A stretch of DNA of 38,370 nt from Chiloscyllium plagiosum (taxonomy: Eukaryota): the NCBI RefSeq assembly GCF_004010195.1, contig NC_057718.1, positions 43,842,280 through 43,880,649 of the forward strand, given 5' to 3'. Made by a program: the position numbers and the translations under genes. This document shows, piece by piece, positions 1-9,850 of this stretch (within the stretch, counting starts at the first letter, position 1; each line of letters starts with the position of its first letter). The notes beneath the pieces are model-generated. The model was not told the DNA's origin and made no database searches. It saw only the letters and a program-made list of their open reading frames with translations.

Positions 1-395
1 ATCCAAATACCTTTTAAATGTTGCAATTGTACCAGCCTCCACCACTTCCTCTGGCAGTTCATTCCATACATGTACCACCCTCTGCATGAAAATGTTGCAT
101 CACGTTAGCCAACCTCCAGTCTTCTGGCACCTCACCTGTGACTATCGATGATACAAATATCTCAGCAAGAGGCCCAGCAATCACTTCTCTAGCTTCCCAC
201 AGAGTTCTTGGGTACACCTGATCAGGTCCTGGGGATTTATCCACCTTTAACCGTTTCAAGACATCCAACGCTTCTTCCTCTGTAATCTGGACATTTTGCA
301 AGATGTCACCATCTATTTCCCTACAGTCTATATCTTGCATATCCTTTTCCACAGTAAATTCTGATGCAAAATATTCATTTAGTATCTGCCCCATT
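1..395 (-). mobile_element. CR1-clade LINE ORF2 fragment with large internal deletion near 100
   Basis: ORF 59-394: LNEYFASEFT..KSPGPDQVYPRTL..VPEDWRLANV; 1-98 matches the CR1 3' region also seen at 20290 and 37770. Confidence 0.95.
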
Positions 396-1010
396 TTCTG
401 TGACTACTGAAGTCACAGTTACATCACAGCTTACCCTGAGACGCTCATCTAGTTAGTCATCATACCCAAATCTAAACATTTCTCCCCTAAGTACTTTTGC
501 AGTTTCTATCATGATTAACTAAAACTATTTTCTTAACATTACTAACTGGAGCATTTAACTAAAAGTATTCCCTTTAAGATTGATCAATTGTACTTCCAAG
601 TCAACCATCTCCCATCAAAATCTATTATCCATAGATTCAAGCACTGCAGAGATCTCACAATTCTCCCTGATGTGGTCATCTTGTGCGATGCAGATGGTGT
701 TAGCCTGAAGGTTGACCTGGAATTGTATATATTGTAAATATGACACTGGCTCAAGTCATGCTCCAGCATGATCAGATCTTAAGTTCTGGATCTTTGGCCT
801 AAAGTGGAGAGTGTAGTGTGTATTCCAGGTGTGGAAAAGTTACTGCCACAATATGCTGATCCAGAGGTGTTAGGAAAGGTTTGGTATTGTTGGTAAAGGC
901 AAAAGCTGAGACTTGAGTCATGGCCTTCCTAGCACTCAGGCTCAGTGATTTGCATCTTGTGCACCACTCTCCTGGATCCTGCAGACATTTGGTTCATTTG
1001 TTCCACTCCA
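396..1010 (-). mobile_element. Gypsy LTR retrotransposon 3' fragment (integrase tail, PPT, start of 3' LTR)
   Basis: TTSGRIVRSLQCLNL resembles the TRSGR..P.RL.L Gypsy pol end; minus-strand PPT AGGGGAGAAA (479-488) immediately followed by TGT at 478. Confidence 0.6.
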
Positions 1011-1043
1011 TCCACTTCAAATTGAATTGTATCCAAAATATGT

Positions 1044-1205
1044 GATCTGACCTCTTCTTAAATATATTAATGAGTTCACTGCCTGTTGTCAGTGAAAACG
1101 CTAGCTCCTAAATCAAGGTTCACTTGAAAATCCGAACCAGTGGACCTCTTGTGAACAGTCTTGTGATTTATTTTTAATTATCATCTCATTACCATGTCAT
1201 TTCCA
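1044..1205 (+). pseudogene. USH2A-like pseudoexon (exon 33-like)
   Basis: DL..TAC..SS*IKVH..VNSLVI..LSSH vs human DL..SAC..SSWVLLY..VDSPVL..LDSR; multiple stops. Confidence 0.5.
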
Positions 1206-1402
1206 TTTAACGATGAGTTGATGGGGGGGTGAAACTGGAAAGTAGTTTCTAAAATCTTTAGTAATTGGATATAAATAGGTTAAATGAGCTCATTAGAATT
1301 CTATATTTAAGCTAGATGAACAAAGATGTTTTGCCAACTATAATGAATTGTCGATATACCTTTTTTGAGTCTGAGTAAATTATATTTCTCTGGCAAATTT
1401 AG

Positions 1403-1567
1403 GTGGAATGAACCTGCAGAAATTAATGGTCATCTTGAACTTTACTTTCTATATGTTTGGGCCAATGAAGAGAATTTAAGGAACATAAATGTAATAGCTC
1501 CCAACTAGTTGTGAATTTCACTGTGGGATAATTTGAAACTGAGACAAAATACTTTATAAAACTTTCT
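1403..1567 (+). pseudogene. USH2A-like pseudoexon (exon 34-like, FN3)
   Basis: tttag|g TGG acceptor, then WNEPAEINGHLELYFLYV..(frameshift)SSQLVVNFTV..ETKYFIKLS vs human WKQPRKISGILERYVLYM..NSTELFQDHML..GNKYLIKLG; frameshifted, donor reads GC. Confidence 0.85.
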
Positions 1568-1659
1568 GCATCTATGTGCTATTAAAACTTAAAATGTTGA
1601 AATCTATGTTAACGGTTTTATGCCAACCTTGTGAGATTTTGATTTTTAAAAATAATCTG

Positions 1660-1797
1660 TTAGTATATGATGTGTTGTCTGGAAAGGGTCTCCATATGGA
1701 CAAACATAATGGCATAACTAAATTTGTAATCCAAAGTGCCCCTTTTCCATCACTTTGTGTTCACCTGCAAATTTTACCAACTCAAGCCACATTGAAT
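1660..1797 (+). pseudogene. USH2A-like pseudoexon (exon 35-like, weak)
   Basis: HNGITKFVIQSAPFPSLCV aligns without gaps to human PEGVPAPKAHSYSPDSFNV; expected position in the series. Confidence 0.3.
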
Positions 1798-2466
1798 TTA
1801 GGATTACTTTCTAATTGAAATATTACTTGGGGGAAAAAAAAGATTATTAGCTGCTGAGAGGGCACAGGTTCAATACTATGCAAGGTTTTAAATTCGTAGG
1901 AAATGTGATTGAATCAATGCCCTGACATCATCTCAGCCATTTCTGGGTTTGCTGATGAGGCTTTCAGATAGGTAACTTTTATTTGTGAAAACTTACTGTT
2001 TCATCAAGGCATACTAACTTTAATTGTTAGAAATATATTTTCTGGGCTGTCTGCAACCCACTGGAATCAATTAAGTGAGAATGGAAAGTAACAGCAGCTA
2101 CCTTCTCCTCAGCCATGTGTCACTCCACACTGCAGAGGGAACAGACCCCAAGAAACAGCTTAAACAATGTGAGGCCCCCAATACAAGGTATACAGGCAGG
2201 AGATTAATTTGACATTCAGGATTTCAGTACAGGTCCCTGGTAATATTTCTAATGTCCTTTCCAGTGGGAGAGATGGGCATTACTGCCAGTGGCTATCACA
2301 AGAACATGACCCATAACTCCCACTTTGGTTCTCTGTCACTCGACAAAGATGCAAGTTGTCTTTACCCACAAGGAGATAAAGCAGAGAGTTATGCTCATGA
2401 GAGATGGCTTGAATGGAGGGGAGAGGAGGGAAGGAGGAAACATATGAATAGTGACTGTGAGGCATA

Positions 2467-2600
2467 GGAACTAAGGGATATGGGGATAGTTCGGGTAAAT
2501 GGCATTGAAATGCCCATCAGCCATGATTGAATGGCGGAGTGGACTTGATGGGCCAAATGACCTTACTTCCACTCCTATTTCTTATGGTCTTACGGTCTTA
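2467..2600 (+). mobile_element. CR1 3' end with (TCTTATGG)n-type tail
   Basis: KGYG end of ORF2, 3' UTR gatgggccaaatgacc, tandem tail. Confidence 0.85.
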
Positions 2601-3614
2601 TAGGAGTGAGATGGCACAAAGGTAGGGATGTGTTGTTGGTCCAGATGGAGATGTAAGGATGTGCCTGGAGAGAGAAAATTAGTGGAGGTGTAAAGTGTGC
2701 AGCCTGAGAAGTACTCAGCTGGAGGATGCTAGGAAAGACCAAAGTGTGGGACATGGTAGTTGAAAGGACACCACTCATCATTCCTAGTCTGTTGTGATTC
2801 TTGATTGTCTTGGTGCAATGTCTCCAGATTGGTGGAGATTCACGCTGCTGCACATTTCAACATTGAAAACACTCTATACTCAGTGCTGGGAAATCTTGCT
2901 TTTTGAGGTGCTATAGAGATCCACAATGCCAGCACTTTTAAAATGGCTGCTCGAGCTTTCCACTCTTTCCCCATTTTAGTGAGTTTTTGGAGGAGCAGGC
3001 CTGCCCCCTCTCGGTCTGGCAAGCTAAAAGCTCCAAAGCCTCCATTTTTAAATAGAATATCTGACAGCTTTTTGCTATACGGCCCAACAACAATGTGGTC
3101 GCAATAATTTTGTTTTTCAACACACCTTACCAAGACAGGTATATAAGGAAAGATTTAATAGATTTCTCTGGCCTTTGGGATCTCTGATTAAATTATGTTC
3201 ACTCGCTCAGGGTTCCATTGTTAGATTGAAGAATGCATTAAATCCTTTAAAGTCGATGAATCCAAAATCTGCAGGAGTCTCATCTACACCCTAACTTGTG
3301 AGATCATCATCTGCAATGGACCCTACTACATTCACTGCAATGTACTTACCTGGTGCTTCTGCTCTTCAGCATACAAACTCTATACGGTTTGATCTCTCTT
3401 GAATTGTTTTATGTATAACTGACTACCCTGGTCTTTCTATGGATTTTCAGGATTTCCGAAGGCTTTCTATACGGTCCCACAAAAGAGATCAATGTGTAAA
3501 ACAGAAATGCGTTGATTTGGGCATTGTGTATTGTCATAGGGAGGCCACTGGTTGGCAGATAGAAAAAAAAACTTGGCAATTAAAAAGTTTTTTTTGAGTG
3601 GCAACAAGAAACTA

Positions 3615-3814
3615 TGATTTGGAGGTGCCGGTGTTGGACTGGGGTGTACAAAGTTAAAAATCACACAATACCCAGGTTAAAGTCCAACAAGTTTAATTGT
3701 AAGCACACTAGCTTTCGTTGCTCCGAAACTACCACCTGATGAAGGAGTGACACTCTGAAAGCTAGTGTGCTTCCAATTAAACCTGTTGGTCTATAACCTG
3801 GTGTTGTGATTTTT
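3615..3814 (+). mobile_element. Fold-back non-autonomous PLE derivative (family B) with hammerhead core
   Basis: Inverted arms ~3654-3717 / ~3756-3817; 12-bp TSD aacaagaaacta (3603-3614, 3815-3826). Confidence 0.8.
3733..3767 (+). ncRNA. Minimal type I hammerhead ribozyme motif
   Basis: CAC-CTGATGA-A-GGAG(TGACA)CTCT-GAAA-GCTA-GTG: stem I CAC/GTG, stem II, palindromic AGCT stem III, CUA cleavage triplet. Confidence 0.7.
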
Positions 3815-4740
3815 AACAAGAAACTAGTGGGGTATCACAGAGATCAATGCTTGGATCCGGCCATTCGTAGTAAATATTAATGATTTAGACAAGGAACTAA
3901 ATATTATATACAACTAAGTTTGCAGATGACATAAAGCTGTGTGGGAGCTGTGACCTGTGAGTAGGATGCAGAGATGATTCAGACAAATGGATTAAGTAGG
4001 CAAAAACACGGCTGATAAAATATATTGTGGATAACTTTTTTATTATTCACTTTAGATTCAAAAACAGGAAAACATATTATTAACAGAATGACAATAGATT
4101 GGGAACTAAAAGTGCTACAAAACCTAGATGTCCTTGTACAGCAGTCACTGAAAGTGGAACTGACTGTGAAGAAGGCAAATGGTATGTTAGTCTTCATAGC
4201 AAGAAGACTTGAATACAGGAGCAGGTATGTCTTGTTGCAATTTTATCGGGCCTTCATGCGACTATGCCAGGAGTATTGTAGTTTTGGTGCCCTTACCTGA
4301 GAGAGAATGTTCTGGCTATAGAAAGAGTATAACAAATGTTTACCTGGCTGATTCCTGGGATGACTAATGTATGAAGAGAGAATGGATCAGTTAAGATTAT
4401 ATTCACTGGAGATTCAAGAATGGGGAAGAGATCTCATAAAAACCTATACAATTTTTACAGGACTAGACAGTGTATACTGCAGGAAGGAGGTTTCCAATGA
4501 CCAGGGAGTTTAGAACCATGGAGCAAAGTTTACAGATAAGCAATTAGCAATTTAGGACTGAAATAAGGAGACATTTCTTCACCCAAAGAATGGAGAGTTA
4601 TCTACCACAAAAAGCAGTCAAAGCAAAAACAGAATATTTTCAAGTAGGAGCTGGATATAGTTCTAAAGGGATCAAAGGGTAGTAGGAGAAAGCAGGAATG
4701 GGGTACTGAGTTGGATGATCAGTCATCACATTGAACGATG

Positions 4741-4982
4741 TGGAAGTGCCATGTTGGACTGGGGTAGACAAAGTTAAAAATCGCACACACCGGGTTGTAG
4801 TCCAACAGGTTTATTTGGAAGCACTAGCTTTTGGAATGCTGCTCCTTCATCAGATAACTAGTGGAGTAGGAATTCTGTGTCCAATAATGCTACTTCACTA
4901 GCTACCAGACGAAGGAGCAGCACTCCAAAAGCTTGTACTTCCAAATAAACCTGTTGGGTTATAACCTGGCGTCATGTGATTT
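4741..4982 (+). mobile_element. Fold-back PLE derivative (family B), degenerate hammerhead on each strand
   Basis: 16-bp TSD atcacattgaa(c/t)gatg (4725-4740, 4983-4998); inverted arms; minus-strand CTGATGAAGGAGCAGCATTCCAAAAGCTA near 4824-4852. Confidence 0.8.
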
Positions 4983-5059
4983 ATCACATTGAATGATGGA
5001 GCAGCCTCAAAGAGCCAATTGGTCTCCTCCTGCTCCAATTTTCCATGGATCAAAGATTT

Positions 5060-5420
5060 TCAAATAGCTGCAGGAGAAGCAGTGACTGGGTTTGGTTGAT
5101 CAGTGCTGACGTTGGCTCTCTGAAATTTAGTAGGGAATCAGCAAGGTAATTTTTGATTCTTCTTACAATTTCTCCTGATGGGTTTTGTCAAAACCACTCT
5201 ATTGTTGTTAGATTGGTGTCGTCATCACTGCCACCATGGCTTGTGGTTTGGTTCTACTTCGACTAATTTTTGAATTTCTCTTTGGGTATTTTGTTGTCAG
5301 CTCGAGGTTGGAAAGATTTCCTTCGATTATGGGTGACTGAGGTCCGACACTGATCAGTTTCTTTCAAAATCCTTTATTGACACCATAGGACATTCTCCTC
5401 TTCTGGATACAGTCAAATAA
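5060..5420 (-). mobile_element. Gypsy integrase C-terminal remnant
   Basis: Minus strand PSGEIVRR..YL resembles the G..RRNRRHL motif. Confidence 0.4.
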
Positions 5421-5431
5421 ACTAAAAATTA

Positions 5432-5660
5432 AGTAGTAAAATACTATGGATACTGGAGATCTGAAAGAAAAACCAAACGTGCTGGAGAAATTCCGCAGAT
5501 TTGGCAGCGTCTGTGGAGAGTGAAGCTGTTAACTCGAGTTGGGTATGGCCATTATTTGGCTTTGAAGAGATGTCATATCAAGTTCAGAATGCTAACTCTG
5601 TTTCTATCAAAGAGATGGTGTCAAACCTGCTGAATTTCTCCAGCACTTTCAGTTTTTATC
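5432..5660 (+). mobile_element. Old fold-back PLE derivative (family C)
   Basis: ggatactggagat head; inverted arms gtgctggagaaatt..cag / ctgctgaatttctccagcac; homologous to 18645-18903. Confidence 0.65.
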
Positions 5661-6208
5661 TCTTTTCTATAGAAGATTCCAATTCTATTATTTGAACATG
5701 ATTGCTGATATTATTGTTGCACCATGATATACATCACTATCTCATTACTCAATAATAACCAAACAGGACAAGACAGACACTATTGAAGCAAACTAGTCAG
5801 AAGCATTATCGAGTGAAAGTATAGGTGAATGATAGCAGATGTTTAATATTGAATTCACTTTATTGCAGAATAAATATATATGCCCTAAGGCAAGAAGTCG
5901 ACTTACCAAATAAAACTGCTTTTGTCAACAAAACAAGTAAGACATGACCCAATTAAAGAAAAGAACATGCTGAAATGAAAAGAATAGAATATATCTACAG
6001 AAGTGGCAGAAATGTAACAGCAAAAGAAGGCAAAAAAGCAAGTCAGAGCTGAAAGAAGGATTATAGTGATTGGAACCAGCTGGATGTTGTTGAGTATAAG
6101 ATCCATGATTGGGCTTGTTAACCTGGCCCGATCAGGAAAGCCCGAGCTCACTAATGTAACCAGGAGATTAAGCACTACCGCTGTTTAAAAAAAACTGGAA
6201 TAGGAGAT

Positions 6209-6355
6209 CCATAAACAGGTCCAGGCAGCTTTGTGTCTTTCACTGTGTCTCACACCTGTGCGCACACACAACATGGGTGCTGGGGAAAAATAAGCACACG
6301 CAGTTAGGCGGTAGTGTGGGGTTGGTTTTTAAAAAAAAAAAGAATTTTTAAAAAA
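6209..6355 (+). mobile_element. Tx1-clade LINE 3' fragment, copy a (internally deleted)
   Basis: ccataaacaggtccaggcagc fused directly to the 3' UTR, hairpin and A-rich tail. Confidence 0.75.
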
Positions 6356-6368
6356 TGGAACATAAGAT

Positions 6369-6748
6369 CCATAAACAGGTCCAAACAGCAGGCTGTAGTG
6401 GGGGTCATTATGGCTAATTGCCTGCCCCCTTCCATGGTTACGTCTGTGCCCGGGTGCCGTGGAGAAGCAGCACGTGTTGTCAATCAACACCCTTGCGGTT
6501 TTCAGGGAGAGGTGGGCACTGCAGGGAATGGAGTGTTTTATTTCCCCATCCAATCTATTTTGATTTAATCCCTGTCCTCCCCTTCACTGTTTAATCACGC
6601 AGCATTGCCCTTTGATGAGAAGGGTGACTGTTTGTCACTGGCCACTTGGGTCTTTCCTTTCTTCCTGGTGGTGGAAATTGAATAAAGATTTATACACCTG
6701 TTGTCTTTCACTGTGTCTCACACCTACATACACACGACGTAAGAAAAA
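6369..6748 (+). mobile_element. Tx1-clade LINE 3' fragment, copy b
   Basis: INRSKQQAVVGVIMANCLP..SILI* ORF2 C-terminus plus 3' UTR with AATAAA. Confidence 0.8.
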
Positions 6749-6871
6749 ACCAGGAGAGATCAGGTGCAAAAGAAGTAACCAGGAGATTTAGAGTCTCCTC
6801 AGTTTAGAAACAAAAAGGTGTAACCAGGAAATTAAGCACTACCGCTGTTTAAAAAAATGTAACCAGGAGAT

Positions 6872-7286
6872 CTATAAACAGGTCCAGGCAGCGGGCCATG
6901 GAGGCGTTCATTATGGCCGATTGCCTGCCCCTCTTCCATGGTTAAGTCCATGCCTGGGTATCTCTGGAGAAGGAGCACACGGTGTCTACCACACTCTTGA
7001 GGTTTTCAGGGAGAGGTGGGCACCTCCAACTCTATTTTGATTTAATACCTGTCCTCCCCTTCACTGTTTGATCACGCAGCACTGCCCTTTGAGAAGGGCA
7101 CTGCTTGTCACAGGCCACTCGGGTGTTTCCTTTCTTCCTGGTGGTGAAATATAAATAAAGATTTACACACTTGTTGTTCTTCACTGTGTCTGACATTTGC
7201 ACACACGTGACATGGCTCTGGGGAAAATATAAACACTACTGTTATTAGGCAGTAGTGTGGGGGGAAATGAAATAAAGCAAAAAATA
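6872..7286 (+). mobile_element. Tx1-clade LINE 3' fragment, copy c
   Basis: Same unit, preceded by TGTAACCAGGAGAT (6858-6871) and followed by A-rich tail plus TATAACCAGGAGAT (7287-7300). Confidence 0.8.
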
Positions 7287-7452
7287 TATAACCAGGAGAT
7301 TTAGACTCTCCTCAGTTTAGGCGACTGACTATGTGCTGGATGCTACTGTTGGTTTCTGATTTTTTTGGGGGGAATCCCAATTCCTGAACTGGCTGATTTA
7401 TTTAGCCAGCTTGTTAACTGGTATTCCTTTAAAAAAAATGTAACCAGGAGAT

Positions 7453-7862
7453 CCATAAACAGGTCCAGGCAGCGGGTTGTGAAGGGGATCGTTATGGCTG
7501 ATTGCTTGCCTTTCTTCCATGGTTATATTCAGGTCTGGGTGTCCCTGGAGAAGGAGCACAAGGTGTAAACCAACACACTCGAGGTTTTCTCGGAGAGGCG
7601 GGCACCGCGGGATGTCGATTGTTTTATTTCCCCCCTCCAACTCTATTTTGATTTAGTCCCTTCCCTCCCTTTTCACTTTTTAATCACGCAGCATTGCCCT
7701 TTGATGTGAAGAGCACTGCTTGTCACTGGCCATTCTGGTGTTTCCTTTCTTCCTGGTGGTGGAAATTGAATAAAGATTTATACACTTTGTGTCTTTCACT
7801 GTGTCTCACATCTGCACACACACAACATGGGCGCTGGGGAAAAATATAAGAACTACTGCTAA
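7453..7862 (+). mobile_element. Tx1-clade LINE 3' fragment, copy d
   Basis: INRSRQRVVKGIVMADCLPFFHGYIQVWVSLEKEH; preceded by TGTAACCAGGAGAT (7439-7452). Confidence 0.8.
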
Positions 7863-7981
7863 TGTTGGTTTCTGTCTTTTTGGGGAACCTGATTCTTAAA
7901 CTGACTGAATTATATAGTCAGTTTATTAACTGGTATTCCTTTTTATTGAAGACTGATTTCTAAACTGGTTGATTTACACAA

Positions 7982-8189
7982 TGTGTTTCAGGTGTATTTC
8001 AGTTCTCATTAGGGAACTGTTGCTTCACTGGCTGGTTACAGCCTGTGTGTTAATCTTTTCTGTCAGGAATGTCAGGGGTTCTGTTCACTCAAAGTTGGCT
8101 CTGAGGGAGCTGGATCAGTGTCAGAGACTTCCACATGGAGATAAAAGGTGACTTGATAACAGGATATCAGCCTCTGTGGAGTTCTTTCA
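7982..8189 (+). mobile_element. Related short LTR-like element
   Basis: TG start; 3' end ataaaaggtgacttgataacaggatatcagcctctgtggagttctttca homologous to 9972-10021 and 23606-23651. Confidence 0.55.
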
Positions 8190-8199
8190 ATGCCAGTTC

Positions 8200-8412
8200 C
8201 ACCATATTCATTAATTTGGTCCTGCCTGTCCATCCTATTAGACTTATTTAACATTGACTTTGTCCTCAAATCACCCCACATACTGACCAACTACTCTTTC
8301 AAATACCCATCACACTAGTTTAAACCTTCCTGATTGGCACTAGGAAACCTCCCTGCTAGTGTGTCTCTAGTTTAGGTGCAACTGGTTCTTCTTGTACAGG
8401 TCCCACCTGCCC
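8200..8412 (-). mobile_element. CR1 ORF1 (esterase-like) fragment
   Basis: Minus strand GRWDLYKKNQLHL matches the W.RWDLYK.DGLHL motif. Confidence 0.75.
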
Positions 8413-8450
8413 TTTAAGTAGCACTTTTAAAAGAAATGTAACCAGGAGAT

Positions 8451-8930
8451 CCATGAACCGGTCCAGGCAGTGGGCCATGGAGGGGGTCATTATGGCAGAT
8501 TGCCTGCCCCTCTTCTGCAGTTACATTCGGGCCCAGGTGTCCTTGGAGAAGGAGCACCCAGTGTCCACCACACCCTTGAGAGTTTCAGGGAGAGGTGGGT
8601 ACCGCGCGGTGTGGAGTGCATTATTTCCCCCTCCAACTCTATTTGATTTAACCCTTGCCCTCCCCTTCACTTTTTAAATCACACAGCATTGCCCTTCGAT
8701 GTGAAGGGAACTGCTTGTCACTGGCCACTCAGGTGTTTCCTTTTTTCCTGGAGGTGGAAACTGAATAAAGAATGATACACCTGTTGTCTTCCACTGCGTC
8801 TCACACCTGCGCATGCACAACATGGGTGCTGGGGGTAAAATAAGCACTACTGCTGTTAGGTGGTAGTGTGGGGGTTTTATAAAAATGAAAAAGAAAAAAT
8901 GAAAAAAAGAGAAGAAAGATAAGAAAGACA
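8451..8930 (+). mobile_element. Tx1-clade LINE 3' fragment, copy e
   Basis: NRSRQWAMEGVIMADCLPLFCSYIRAQVSLEKEH; long A-rich tail; preceded by TGTAACCAGGAGAT (8437-8450). Confidence 0.8.
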
Positions 8931-9435
8931 ACATGAACAGAGATGTAGCATCTCCTCAGTTCAGGGGGCTGACTCTGAGCTGGCTGGCCATACAGCCAGT
9001 GTGTACTGCTGCTGTTGGTTCAGATGAAGAGGAGGTTTTTTGTTGCCCCGCTGTCTGAAGAAGACATTTGATTTTGAGTTTTCTTTATTATTTTTTGTGT
9101 TTGTCTTTCTGATTTTCTTTCTATTTTATCCTTTAATTTGAGCTGTGTTCAGCTGCACAAGCAGCTAACACCACCACTGCTGCTGCAGCAGCCGCAGCCT
9201 AGGCCTGCTCCCACTGCTGTGTCCTGGGCCTCACCTACACCTGACAACTATTACTTCTGCCTGGGGCCTGCCGACACTGCTGCTGCCTTGGGCCCCACCC
9301 AGACATAAGCACTGTTGTTGCTGCCTGGAGCAGCAACTGTTGCTGCCTGCTGCTACTTGGGGCCTACCTCTACTGCTGCTGCCTGGGCCCCACCCAGACT
9401 TAAGGACTGTTTAAAAAAAAATGTAACCAGGAGAT

Positions 9436-9850
9436 CCATAAACAGGTCCAGGTAGTGGGCCATGGAGGGGGTCTTTATGACCAATTGCCCGCCTCCCTTC
9501 CACAGTTATGTTTGGGCCCAGGAACACATGGTGTCCACCGAGACCCTCAAGATTTTCAGGGAGAGGTCGGCACCGTGTGGTGTTGAGTTTCCCCCCTCCA
9601 ATTCTATTTTGGTTGAACTCCAGCTCTCCCATTCACTTTTTTGATCACTCAGCATTGCTCTTTATTGAGGAGGTCACTGCTTGTCACTGGCCACTTGGGG
9701 TTTCTTTTCTTCCTGTTGGTGGAATATAAATAAAAATTCCTACACTTGTTGTTCTTCACTGTGTCCTACACCTGCACACACAACACGGGTGCTGGGGAAA
9801 AATAAGCACTACCGCTGTTAGGCTGTAGTGTGGATAAAAAAGAAAAAAAA
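9436..9850 (+). mobile_element. Tx1-clade LINE 3' fragment, copy f
   Basis: EH.VSTETLKIFRERSAPCGVE; hairpin 9807-9830; A-tail; flanked by 9422-9435 and 9853-9866 copies of the 14-mer. Confidence 0.8.

Larger units (their letters stand above)
3440..5050 (+). mobile_element. CR1 LINE, 5'-truncated RT region to 3' UTR, with two nested inserts
   Basis: DF.KAF, WLADRK, SGV.Q, INDLD, KFADD, VKKANGML motifs; 3' UTR ending ctcctgctcc. Confidence 0.92.

Noticed and set aside
2600..3130. Possible Harbinger Myb start on minus strand (KARFPSTE)
   Set aside because: Motif too weak and no TIRs found; left unannotated.
5790..5900. SEALSSESI and PKARS resembling usherin exon 35
   Set aside because: The same bases fit the CR1 ORF2 linker (NW..L..W.MF..LQNKY) continuous with the flanking CR1.
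6290..6320. Helitron 3' hairpin or ssDNA-virus origin
   Set aside because: No CTRR terminus or nonanucleotide loop; the hairpin sits in a LINE 3' UTR before a poly(A) tail.
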